Source: Cytophagales bacterium (GTDB taxonomy: Bacteria > Bacteroidota > Bacteroidia > Cytophagales > Cyclobacteriaceae). From it: DNA of 64,000 nt. Positions 40,316-50,045 of this stretch are shown one piece after another. The translations under genes were made by a program, and so were the position numbers. The notes beneath the pieces are model-generated. The model did no database searches, had not been told where the DNA came from, and worked only from the letters and a program-made list of their open reading frames with translations. The stretch covers positions 71,136 through 135,135 of the forward strand of contig JADBYK010000025.1 of assembly GCA_020403045.1 (NCBI GenBank). Reading direction: 5' to 3'. The stretch's first letter is position 1. Each line of letters begins with the position of its first letter.

Positions 40316-43021
40316 ATGAAGTTTGTCTTTGCAGTTTTAGTCCTCAATGTTTTTTTTGATTCGAATGGCCAATCGGTTAGCGCTATTTCAGCTAAAGTGA
40401 TGGATGCCAAAACCAAAATGCCCTTAGAAAACGTAACAGTGCAACTACTACCAGAAGAGATAGTGACCGTTACCGATGCAAATGGGCTTTTCCAATTCAA
40501 CAAGGTGGCAAACGCAAGTCATACAGTGGTCTTATCGATCATCGGATATACTACGGAAACGATTCTTGTAAAAGACAATTCGATGGGCAGTATCGAGTTG
40601 GAAGAACGAACAATAGCACTAGAAAATGTTACCATAACGGCTACCCCGGGTATGATAGGGTCTTCATCAACCATTGACAAAAGCGCTATTATTCATACAC
40701 AACCTACCAGTTTAGCAGATGTGCTGCAATTGATTCCCGGACAGTTGGCTTCTAATCCGAACTTGGGAGCGGCTCAGCAAATTAATCTTCGCCAAGTACC
40801 GACCACGGGAGATGCCGCAAAAGCCAATGCGCTTGGTACGCAAATCATATTGGACGGTGTGCCCTTTAGTAACAATGCTAATTTACAAACCGATGTTACT
40901 ATCCTGAACTCTAGCCCAGGTGCATTGCCTCCCTTTTCATCAGTAGCTGGGCGCGGGAATGACCTCAGGCAAATTCCTGCTGATAATATTGAAAGCATTG
41001 AAGTGGTTCGCGGTGTGCCCTCTGCTCGTTTTGGCGACCTGACATCCGGCATCGTCATTGTCAATTCAAGAATCGGAAGTTTTAAACCCGAGATACGGGT
41101 ACGAATGAACCCCAATTTGGAGCAGGCCAGTTTTTTCACCGGCTTTCATTCTGCCGGAAAAAGTAATACCTATAATATAAGCGCAGACGCGCTAAATGCC
41201 AGCGATGACATCAGAGATGGTTTCAACAAGTACACACGCGTGCAGGCTCAGATTAGTTGGCAGAAATTTTGGGACAAAGAAAAAAGATTCATCACCACCA
41301 CCATTGGGTCGTTTTATGTAAGTAATGACGGTCAGAACCAAAATCCTGCTGACACGCGCAATCAAATTAAGCGTTATGCTACGGATGATGGATTAAAATT
41401 TAGCACAGCGGGTAAGTGGAGAGCCAATAAAAAATGGCTGGCCTCATTGAACTACATTGCCTCCGTTACCCAAAGCAATCAGAAAGCATATTATCAATCA
41501 CTTGTTACCAGGGATTTGTTTCCGATTTCAACCGCACTGCGAGATACTACTCAAAAAGGTGTTTATGGAAAGAGCGAATACCTCAACAAAACCACCGTTG
41601 ATGGTATGCCTCTTAATGCTTATACACGATTGGAAGCGACCACGTCTGCGAAAGAAATACTCAACACACAGCACAAGCTGACAGTAGGAACAGAATGGAG
41701 ATATGATGTAAACAATGGAAATGGTCGGCAATTCGATTTGCTCACCCCACCACGTCAAAACTACAGTATGGGAGATCGGCCAATATCCTTTTCAAACATA
41801 CCTGGCATGCACCAGATAAGCTATTATCTGGAAGATAGAATGACCAGCGAGCTATACCGTAAACGATGGATTTTGCAAGCTGGAGTCAGAGTCGATAATG
41901 TTTCTCCCACTGGTATTTTAACGAGTAAATATGGGCTAGTCGTAGCTCCGCGCATCAACACTGCATTGGAAATCGCAAATGGAATTTCATTACGAGTAGG
42001 ATATGGAATAGCGGCAAAAGCGCCTCCTCTAAACTACTTGTACCCTGGCATTCGCTATTTTGATTTAGTCAATTTTAATTATTTCGCTACCAATCCTGCG
42101 GAACGTTTGGTCATTATCACCACTCGCACGATCAATCTGAATGACCAACCTTTAAAACCTTACCAATCAAAAAAGTACGAAGCAGGTTTTGACATTGAGA
42201 AAAAAAGAGGCAGTCTAAACGTTTCATTTTTTTCCGAAACGACTACAGGTGCCATCGGTATCAACCGCGAAGTAAAACCATTCGAATTTGCCAGACTGAT
42301 AGCCAGTAGCACCCCTCCCAATCAGCAACCAATAGTAGACCCCAACCCCGCAAGTATTGAAACTTTCTTTGCGGCCTATGATGTGCCGGTCAACAATCGG
42401 TTCATAGAAAATCAAGGTGTTGAATACAATGTTGACTTGCGCGAAATACCAGCTATCCGTACTTCTTTCAACATCACTGGTGCCTATATCCGAACAACTA
42501 GTTTTGACGATGGAGAATTTATAGATGCCCAAAAAGCTTATTTGAGCAACACGACTCCAATTCGAGTGGGTATTTATCAATCATCTTCAAAAGTTATCGC
42601 AGAACGTCTCAACACAAGCGTGCGATTTATCCACCGTATTCCTCAATTGAATATGGTCGTGTCTGCTTTGTGGCAAACAGTGTGGATTACAAAAAGTACT
42701 ACTGAGGCTCTGAATCCATTTCCTCTTGGATATATGAATAGAGCTGGCGAAAAAATCTATCTGAATGAGGAGGAGGCTAGGCAGATCGCTTATGGTGATT
42801 TGGTAAGAACCGTGAGCGATGCACGGCCCTTCAGTTTGCCTGCCCTGTACTTGTTTAACATACGATTAACCAAAGAATGGGCAAAAGGCTTTGGCTTTTC
42901 TTTTTTTGCTAACAACTTCATAAACGACCGTCCCTTGCATACGGATGTCAACACGGGTGGACTGGTTCGCAGAAATGAACCTTTGTTTTTTGGTGCCGAG
43001 TTTAATTTTTCAATAAGATAA
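40316..43021 (+). CDS. TonB-dependent receptor with N-terminal CarboxypepD_reg-like domain
   Basis: N-terminal GKV-like domain, plug DLRQIPADNIESIEVVRGVPSARFGDLTSG, C-terminal FFGAEFNFSI. Confidence 0.92.
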   Translation: MKFVFAVLVLNVFFDSNGQSVSAISAKVMDAKTKMPLENVTVQLLPEEIVTVTDANGLFQFNKVANASHTVVLSIIGYTTETILVKDNSMGSIELEERTIALENVTITATPGMIGSSSTIDKSAIIHTQPTSLADVLQLIPGQLASNPNLGAAQQINLRQVPTTGDAAKANALGTQIILDGVPFSNNANLQTDVTILNSSPGALPPFSSVAGRGNDLRQIPADNIESIEVVRGVPSARFGDLTSGIVIVNSRIGSFKPEIRVRMNPNLEQASFFTGFHSAGKSNTYNISADALNASDDIRDGFNKYTRVQAQISWQKFWDKEKRFITTTIGSFYVSNDGQNQNPADTRNQIKRYATDDGLKFSTAGKWRANKKWLASLNYIASVTQSNQKAYYQSLVTRDLFPISTALRDTTQKGVYGKSEYLNKTTVDGMPLNAYTRLEATTSAKEILNTQHKLTVGTEWRYDVNNGNGRQFDLLTPPRQNYSMGDRPISFSNIPGMHQISYYLEDRMTSELYRKRWILQAGVRVDNVSPTGILTSKYGLVVAPRINTALEIANGISLRVGYGIAAKAPPLNYLYPGIRYFDLVNFNYFATNPAERLVIITTRTINLNDQPLKPYQSKKYEAGFDIEKKRGSLNVSFFSETTTGAIGINREVKPFEFARLIASSTPPNQQPIVDPNPASIETFFAAYDVPVNNRFIENQGVEYNVDLREIPAIRTSFNITGAYIRTTSFDDGEFIDAQKAYLSNTTPIRVGIYQSSSKVIAERLNTSVRFIHRIPQLNMVVSALWQTVWITKSTTEALNPFPLGYMNRAGEKIYLNEEEARQIAYGDLVRTVSDARPFSLPALYLFNIRLTKEWAKGFGFSFFANNFINDRPLHTDVNTGGLVRRNEPLFFGAEFNFSIR

Positions 43022-43055
43022 AAAAGTAAAATAATAACCTAAATACAATTCTAAC

Positions 43056-44246
43056 ATGAAACAATCCCTCTTTTTCGTATTTGCTATAATAATGTCTTTT
43101 ACGGCTTGCCGTAAAGAAATTGATGAACTAAAAACATATGCCGTCACCGTTCAGGCGAAATATCCATCTACCTTTAGTAGCCAACTGGCTCTTGACGCAA
43201 CCGTAACACTTACCAATATAGCAGATGGAAGCATAAAAACAAGTACGACAAATGCTTCGGGCGATGCAGTTTTCAAAGATGTATTGCCCGGAACCTATAG
43301 TATTGCCGCCAACAAAAGTCTTTCGGCTGCTGACGCTCTTTCCCTTACAGGAATAAGCAATAGCGTCCAATTGAATGGTGCTAAAAACGATGTTCTCATT
43401 TCCCAAGCCGAAACCTTCCAGTTACAACTTCAAGGCAGCGCCATTGGTGGGTTAGTCATTAAAGAGGTGTACTATACAGCCAGCAAAACACCAAGTGGTG
43501 GTAACTACTTTAGCGACCAGTTTGTAGAAATTTATAACAATGCCACAGATACGTTATACCTAGACAGCCTCTGCATTGCCGATATACATGGTAATTCAGG
43601 TTTGATAAATCCGACCTCACTACCAACTCCTTTTAATACTGACAATGGCAATGTGTACGCAAACAGTATCTGGCAAATTCCAGGCACAGGCAAACAATAT
43701 CCATTGGCACCAGGCCAGAGTATTGTCATTGCGCAAGATGGTGTGAACCACAAAGACGCATCGCTAAACCCAAGTAGCCCCGTTGACTTATCAGCGGCCA
43801 ATTGGGAGACCTACAACGAACGCCCAGATGGGCGAGATGCTGATGCTCCACAAGTACCGAATTTAAGAAGGGTATATTTCACTGGAGGATTTGATTGGTT
43901 GCTCACCGTGTTTGGGCCGGGCGTTATTATTTACAAAGCCGACTTTACTAAGCTGGAGCAGGTAGCTATCCCAGGTGCCAGTTCTACTACACCCCCGCGG
44001 ATCAAAGTACCCAATGGCGTTATTATTGACGGCTTTGAGGCATTGAGAGATGGAAATAGTGCAAGCTTCAAGCGAGTGACAACGGCAGTGGATGCCGGTT
44101 TTGTGTTTGCCGATAACACCTACAACATGCAAAGTTTTAGACGCAAGGTTACTACAATTATCAATGGAAGGCGTGTGTTGCAAGACACCAACAATAGCAC
44201 TAATGATTTTGAAAAAATAGCGTCACCTACGCCAAAAGGATTTTAA
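43056..44246 (+). CDS. Surface lipoprotein, DUF4876-like
   Basis: Lipobox FTAC followed by KEIDE. LVIKEVYY, DQFVEIYNN..DTLYLD, and LQDTNNSTNDF. Confidence 0.8.
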   Translation: MKQSLFFVFAIIMSFTACRKEIDELKTYAVTVQAKYPSTFSSQLALDATVTLTNIADGSIKTSTTNASGDAVFKDVLPGTYSIAANKSLSAADALSLTGISNSVQLNGAKNDVLISQAETFQLQLQGSAIGGLVIKEVYYTASKTPSGGNYFSDQFVEIYNNATDTLYLDSLCIADIHGNSGLINPTSLPTPFNTDNGNVYANSIWQIPGTGKQYPLAPGQSIVIAQDGVNHKDASLNPSSPVDLSAANWETYNERPDGRDADAPQVPNLRRVYFTGGFDWLLTVFGPGVIIYKADFTKLEQVAIPGASSTTPPRIKVPNGVIIDGFEALRDGNSASFKRVTTAVDAGFVFADNTYNMQSFRRKVTTIINGRRVLQDTNNSTNDFEKIASPTPKGF

Positions 44247-44317
44247 AAAATCTTGAAAGCAGCCTTTCTTTTGTCAAAGCGCGTCAACGATTGGAAATGG
44301 TAAAGTTTAAAAACATC

Positions 44318-45784
44318 ATGCGTAATTTGTTAATCATGGACTGCCTATTGCTGACAGTCTTTGCCGGTAGAGCTCAGCAAATGGGCATTGACAGTTTGCA
44401 AGTGTTGCAAGATGGAAGAGCTTTAAATGCGTTTACTGCTACCGGCAACATGGTGTTTGCTGGCGACTTGTTACCCAACATTGGCTATGGAGCCGCCACA
44501 GCAAGCCGCCAAGTAGGTGGATTTCGTCAACCAATGACTGCCGCTGAGAAAATTGATCTATCGCTGGCAACAACAGGTTTCAAAAAAGTCAAGCAGTTGG
44601 GGTACTATGGGGACTTATCGTATAAAAAGTCAGATGATAGTAATTTGCCCTGGAGCGGTGTATACAATGCAGCAGACGACAACCCCGCAATATGGGCTGA
44701 TAGCAGCCGTGGCAATTGGAAGCGAGACGAGATAGAAGTAACCTTTGGAATTAGCGCACCAGAGTTAATCAAAAAACTTTCTGTAGGCATGCAGATACAC
44801 TATGCGATCGGTTCGGGAGCGCGAACATCTGACCCCAAACCATTCTATCGATACAGAAATATAGTGCTGATGCCCGGCATAACGTACCAATTGCCCAAGA
44901 ATCAATTGATAGGAATAACAGCAACTATTGGCTTTGCTAAAGAAGAAAATGAACTCGGTTTCTTTAGCGATAATAATGACAATGTGTTGCTATACCGCAT
45001 CAGGGGCTACGGTACCTTCAGTAGAACCCCCTTTGTAAGTGGCGAACGAAAAAGAATTCAATCAGACCTTGGCGCTAATGTCCACCACCAAAAAAAATGG
45101 AAAGACTACAAGTTGTTGGTTGCAGCCCACGTCAGGCAGCGAAGCGATGAAGTCATTGAGGGCGTTGCCAGTCCGGTGGTCACCAATTACTTTTCGGGTA
45201 TTGAGTTAGGCAGTTCTATTGACTTATTTAAAGGAAATCCGACTGCCGGAAGATCTGCGTCATTAAAAGTAACTTCTAAAAATGGCTACACCGATGATGT
45301 CATCTTCCAAGCTGAAAGTGCTTCCTCCATCCAGCAACGTGTACTGTTGAAAGTAAGCAACTGGTTTACTCGCAACAAAAGCATCTGGCAGTTTTCGGTG
45401 ACACCCATTTTTACCTTTATCGACAATACTGACTATGCCACCGTAACACAATTTACAGCCAGCAACCTTATTGCTGTTGGCAACGCATCCTTTCGACATA
45501 AAATAGGTAGTGGAATGCAGTTGTATGTCAGCATAGAGGGAGGAGCGAGCCGCTTATTAGAAGCCTATTTTATCAACCAGCGCCCCAATGTGATTACGGA
45601 GCAATTGGTTCGTCCTAATTACCTTTTTCACACAACTAATTATGTGTTGGCTAACGCGCAGGTAGGGGTTGTTATTCAAAGTAACAATAGGCTTGGGCAT
45701 ACGGTGTCAATAAGCTCGGTCAATAAATTGGCGGCCAATGTTTCGAGATCAAATCTTCAGTTTAACTATTCTATTATTTTTTGA
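44318..45784 (+). CDS. Outer-membrane beta-barrel, DUF6850-like
   Basis: Signal peptide, many amphipathic strands, DPKP, C-terminal FNYSIIF. Follows the DUF4876-like gene. Confidence 0.7.
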   Translation: MRNLLIMDCLLLTVFAGRAQQMGIDSLQVLQDGRALNAFTATGNMVFAGDLLPNIGYGAATASRQVGGFRQPMTAAEKIDLSLATTGFKKVKQLGYYGDLSYKKSDDSNLPWSGVYNAADDNPAIWADSSRGNWKRDEIEVTFGISAPELIKKLSVGMQIHYAIGSGARTSDPKPFYRYRNIVLMPGITYQLPKNQLIGITATIGFAKEENELGFFSDNNDNVLLYRIRGYGTFSRTPFVSGERKRIQSDLGANVHHQKKWKDYKLLVAAHVRQRSDEVIEGVASPVVTNYFSGIELGSSIDLFKGNPTAGRSASLKVTSKNGYTDDVIFQAESASSIQQRVLLKVSNWFTRNKSIWQFSVTPIFTFIDNTDYATVTQFTASNLIAVGNASFRHKIGSGMQLYVSIEGGASRLLEAYFINQRPNVITEQLVRPNYLFHTTNYVLANAQVGVVIQSNNRLGHTVSISSVNKLAANVSRSNLQFNYSIIF

Positions 45785-45830
45785 TGAAAAATCGAATGCT
45801 TTTGATGAACCTAAAAACAAACAGCTACGA

Positions 45831-46664
45831 ATGAAAAGGTATTTATGTACGGGCATTATAGCGATTGGGCTGCTTAGTTGTGGTTTAAACAAGTCATTGA
45901 CCAAGCAATTGGCAAACGAACCATTCCAACAAGCGTTGGCTGATACACTATTGGCGTATGCACTAGACCATGAAGCATTGTACACGTTAGCAGATACACT
46001 AAAGCCTGTGAGCAGTGTCAAATTTCTGCGCTATTCCATTGCCAAAGATTCTACGCAACACGATGGGGACATCACCATTGCCACCCGGGATTCTTTATTG
46101 AAAAAAATAAGAGACTATCAACAGGTATGCCATATGCTTAGCGAAGGCGATTGGCAGTTTGTTCTGACGCCATTTAACAGAACAGAAAAGAACATCAGAA
46201 ACATGGAGATCTATGTGGTACGAAAGTCTGTCTTTGCCAAAAAGATACGGCAGCATCAACACTTCTTTGGGCAGTGGGGCTTTACGCCAAATGCCAGTCC
46301 CGCAGTGGTCTTATCCGTAATTGAATATGAAACAAAGTTAGACAGGAACAGAGCCTTCGGCTATCTCTTCGGCTACCCACCACATGCGGTCGATTTTTTT
46401 GTGGAGGCTGCCAAAGTACAAAATGCCGATACGTCTAAACCATTGGTGAAAAGAGACTTCTTTTCAATCCCTGTGTTTGCAAAAGCCACCGGGTATTTTA
46501 CTTACGCGGTGCCAAAAGGTTATAAAGCCACCCCGGTGGATAGCACCATTTATAAAGCCGCAACTCAAACGCTGCAACGATACAAAGTGGCCCGAGCAAA
46601 ATTTAGCCAAACTAAGAATGTAGATGCCCTTAAACTTTGGAGGTATTTAATTGATAAAAACTAA
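45831..46664 (+). CDS. Hypothetical lipoprotein
   Basis: Lipobox LLSC and a FGYLFGYPPHAVDFF motif. ATG 45831. Confidence 0.7.
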   Translation: MKRYLCTGIIAIGLLSCGLNKSLTKQLANEPFQQALADTLLAYALDHEALYTLADTLKPVSSVKFLRYSIAKDSTQHDGDITIATRDSLLKKIRDYQQVCHMLSEGDWQFVLTPFNRTEKNIRNMEIYVVRKSVFAKKIRQHQHFFGQWGFTPNASPAVVLSVIEYETKLDRNRAFGYLFGYPPHAVDFFVEAAKVQNADTSKPLVKRDFFSIPVFAKATGYFTYAVPKGYKATPVDSTIYKAATQTLQRYKVARAKFSQTKNVDALKLWRYLIDKN

Positions 46665-46755
46665 AAATGAATTTAAAAGTCAACTATAGCATCATCATTC
46701 AAGCAAATAAAAAAAGCTAATCTTAAATAACCCAATTATAAACAAATACAACTTT

Positions 46756-48171
46756 ATGACCCTAAAAATCGCACTCAAAGAGCTCAAAGAAATCGTTCGG
46801 GAGGGACGCTTTCGAATTACGGCCATCACCCTTTTTGCTTTGTTGCTGGCCGCCTTGTTTGTGAGCAAAAGCTATTACACATCGGTCAATGCCCAGCACA
46901 GCGAAGCCAAAAAAAATGCACGCAGCGAGTGGGTGGAACAGGGACAAAAAAATCCGCACTCGGCAGCGCACTATGGCACATACGCATTCAAACCAAAGTA
47001 TCCGCTTTCGTTGATTGACAATGGTGTGGATAAGTACACGGGCGTAAGCATTTACCTGGAAGCACATAAACGCAACGAAGCTCAATATGCGGCTGCACAA
47101 GATCAAACCGCCCTGTCGCGTTTTGGTGATCTCACGCCTGATTTTGTTCTGATCTTTATCGTTCCCCTTTTCATCATTCTGATCGGGTTCAATGCCTTTA
47201 CGCGCGAACGTGAAAGCGGCACGCTACGATTATTGAAAAGTCAGGGTGTGAGCACGTGGAAATTAACGATGGGAAAATGGTTGGGCATATTTCTTCCCGT
47301 TTTGTTCATTGTGATTCCCGTGTATGTGCTGGCCGCTTTATTTTTAGCCAACATCAAAGATTACGGACAGTTTAGTTTGTGGGCGCTCACCCTCCTGTTT
47401 GGCGTTTACCTGATCTATTATGCAGTGTTCATCAATATCACGCTGTTTGTTTCCTCTCGTTTTAAAAAATCAAACTTAGCGTTCGTGACATTGCTGGGAA
47501 TTTGGATGGTATCGTGTTTAGCGATGCCCAAGATTTCAACTGCCATTGCGGATAAACTGTACCCTTATCCCACGCAAGTGGAATTTGAAGAACAGGTAGC
47601 GGCTGACAAAAAGAAAGGATTGGATGGACACAATCCGTGGAATACCGAAGCGAAGAAACTGGAAGAAGAAACGTTAAAAAAATATGGAGTCGACAGCGTG
47701 CAGCAATTGCCCTTCAACTGGGATGGCTTTTTGATGCAGGAAGGCGAGAAGCATACTGCTGATATTTATTTCAAGCATTATCAATTGTTGAAAGACACGT
47801 ATGTGAATCAGACCAACGTGTATCGCAGCACGGCTGCGCTTTCTCCTTTTCTGCCCACGCGCTTTTTGTCGATGGCCATTTGCCGCACCGATTACACCTC
47901 GCATTGGGACTTTGCCACCGCAGCTGAAAATTACCGTATTGAATTGGTGGGGAAAATGAATGGTGATATGGCAGCCAATTCAAAATATGGCGATTGGGAT
48001 TATCTGGCCGATGATAAACTGTGGTCTTCGGTGCCTGATTTTCAATATGAACCGGCTTCATACACCACTGTGATCCGTCAGAACACGAGCAATCTCATCA
48101 CCTTATTAGCATGGCTGTTGCTCTCCTTTGCCGCATTGTACGGAGCGGTCACTCAAATGAAAACCATCTAG
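46756..48171 (+). CDS. ABC-2-type permease with DUF3526-like domain
   Basis: NPHSAAHYG, RERESGTLRLL..QG, multiple TMs and SPF. Confidence 0.85.
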   Translation: MTLKIALKELKEIVREGRFRITAITLFALLLAALFVSKSYYTSVNAQHSEAKKNARSEWVEQGQKNPHSAAHYGTYAFKPKYPLSLIDNGVDKYTGVSIYLEAHKRNEAQYAAAQDQTALSRFGDLTPDFVLIFIVPLFIILIGFNAFTRERESGTLRLLKSQGVSTWKLTMGKWLGIFLPVLFIVIPVYVLAALFLANIKDYGQFSLWALTLLFGVYLIYYAVFINITLFVSSRFKKSNLAFVTLLGIWMVSCLAMPKISTAIADKLYPYPTQVEFEEQVAADKKKGLDGHNPWNTEAKKLEEETLKKYGVDSVQQLPFNWDGFLMQEGEKHTADIYFKHYQLLKDTYVNQTNVYRSTAALSPFLPTRFLSMAICRTDYTSHWDFATAAENYRIELVGKMNGDMAANSKYGDWDYLADDKLWSSVPDFQYEPASYTTVIRQNTSNLITLLAWLLLSFAALYGAVTQMKTI

Positions 48172-48232
48172 TCACATCACGGGCGTCAAGACACCTTTAT
48201 ATCGTTAAATCAAAATCATAAACCATAACCTT

Positions 48233-49672
48233 ATGTTAAACCATACTATCAAATACGAATGGCTCAACTTGCTACGCGACAGGTGGGTGATGATTCTGCT
48301 GATTTTATTTTTGGGCATCACCGTGTTTGCGGTGCGCAATGGAAAGGAAAAAGTGGAGGATCGTATGGCCACTATTACCAAAGAAAAAGAAAAAATGGCG
48401 AAGCTAGATCGGAGGATGGCTGCTGAAATAGACTCGCTGCACAAAAATCTGAAACCGGCACCCGCGGCAAGGCAAGATTCACGTGCACTGGATAAAATTG
48501 GGTGGAATGCCCCACGTGTTGTCGCCATGGATGCTCAACCGCTGGCGGTTGTTTCTACTGGCCAAAGCGACTTATTTACGCACTATTCAAAACCAAAAAT
48601 TTATGGCGAGGCCTACACACTTGGCTTCTCGGAACTCTCAAACCCCGTTCAACTTTTGTTTGGCAGTTTTGATCTTGCCTTCGTTTGCATCTACCTGCTT
48701 CCCCTACTGGTGTTGGGCTTTAGTTACAACATACTTTCGTCCGAGAAAGAATCGGGTGTGTTGCGCTTGACGTTGGCACAGCCTATATCCTTGTACCAAT
48801 GGTTATTTGGAAAGTTGCTTCTCCGCTTTTTTATTCTCACTGTCATTGTTGTTGCCTCTATTCTTTTTTCGTTAACAATTTTTGACATTGATTGGATGGG
48901 CAACATGGGAGCAGCGATGAAATTAATTCTGCTCGTCACCGTGTATATCTTTTTTTGGTTCTTGATTTCATTTTTAATAAACCTGTTGGGGAACTCATCC
49001 GGCAGCAATGCGGTCACATTGATAGCGGTGTGGGTTGTGTTTGTGCTTTTGATCCCGTCTATTATTTCGCAAACGGCAAACTCCTTTTATCCCGTGCCAT
49101 CGCGCACCATTATGATTCATGAATATCGGGAGGCAAAAGCATTGGCGGAGAAAAAGGCGGATGAAATACTGAAAACGTATTACCGGGAGCATCCGGAATA
49201 TGCTCCGAAAGATACTACTCAGCAAAACCAGTATAGTTGGTGGCTGGGAAACTTTGCCGCCAGCGATGTCATCAACCAATCAGTACAACCTGTGTTGGAT
49301 GATTATAATGAAGCACTGAATAAACAACAAAGCTGGGTCAATCGACTTCGCTATTTGTCGCCCGCTATTTTGTTGCAAGACGGGTTGAATGATCTGGCGG
49401 GAACTTCTCCAGCGCATTACACCGACTTTCGGAATCAGGTGATTGCATTTGCCAATACGTGGCGCCACTATTTTACTCCACGGATGTTTAATAATGAAAA
49501 GATGCGGGCAGAAGACTTTGGTTCCTTGCCAACGCACAGCTATTCTTCGGCTCAAGTGCCTTCGCACTACAATGCAGATTTGATGGGGCTTCTTTTCTTT
49601 TTAGGATTGGCGTTAGCAGGAAGTCTCTGGGCTTATCGAAGAAATAGTTTTGAGCGGATAGTATCCATGTAG
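48233..49672 (+). CDS. ABC-2-type permease with DUF3526-like domain (second subunit)
   Basis: FGSFDLAFV.IYLLPL, SEKESGVLRL and YLSPAILLQ..LNDLAGT. Confidence 0.85.
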   Translation: MLNHTIKYEWLNLLRDRWVMILLILFLGITVFAVRNGKEKVEDRMATITKEKEKMAKLDRRMAAEIDSLHKNLKPAPAARQDSRALDKIGWNAPRVVAMDAQPLAVVSTGQSDLFTHYSKPKIYGEAYTLGFSELSNPVQLLFGSFDLAFVCIYLLPLLVLGFSYNILSSEKESGVLRLTLAQPISLYQWLFGKLLLRFFILTVIVVASILFSLTIFDIDWMGNMGAAMKLILLVTVYIFFWFLISFLINLLGNSSGSNAVTLIAVWVVFVLLIPSIISQTANSFYPVPSRTIMIHEYREAKALAEKKADEILKTYYREHPEYAPKDTTQQNQYSWWLGNFAASDVINQSVQPVLDDYNEALNKQQSWVNRLRYLSPAILLQDGLNDLAGTSPAHYTDFRNQVIAFANTWRHYFTPRMFNNEKMRAEDFGSLPTHSYSSAQVPSHYNADLMGLLFFLGLALAGSLWAYRRNSFERIVSM

Positions 49673-49674
49673 AA

Positions 49675-49926
49675 ATGAAACTTTACGATGTCATTACCAC
49701 CAAAAAAAAAGCGGCATACATAGGTTTGTATTTGGTGGTATTTTCATTTGTGGGATTCACGCAGTCGCAAGACGAAGCCACCATTTTTACTCCCATCCAG
49801 CCGCCAAAAGAAATAAAGCTTTACAAAGTCAGCGGAGCCATTAATTCAGGTGTCGTCAATTCAAGGATGTCTTGGGAGTATGAAACGGTTTCATTTGTGT
49901 ATAACGATACAGCAAGATGCCTTTAA
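49675..49926 (+). pseudogene. Short ORF, probably the 5' remnant of a longer secreted protein
   Basis: Signal-like N-terminus (...FVGFTQSQ) followed by only ~50 residues. Starts 2 nt after the permease stop. Confidence 0.4.
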
Positions 49927-50028
49927 CACCACCACTTTACTTACCGATCGGCTGCGCACATAAAGTGGCATTTTCAAAATCACCTTTATGAAACAGTTTT
50001 AATCAAGTCCAACTTATCCAGCTATATT

Positions 50029-50043
50029 CGCAACTCTGTTGCA
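50029..50043. promoter_or_regulatory. Operator 3, CGCAACTCTGTTGCA (imperfect copy)
   Basis: GCAAC-N3-GTTGC core intact. Overlaps TATATTCG (-7-like, 50023-50030) and ends 2 nt before ATG 50046. Confidence 0.7.
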
Positions 50044-50045
50044 AG

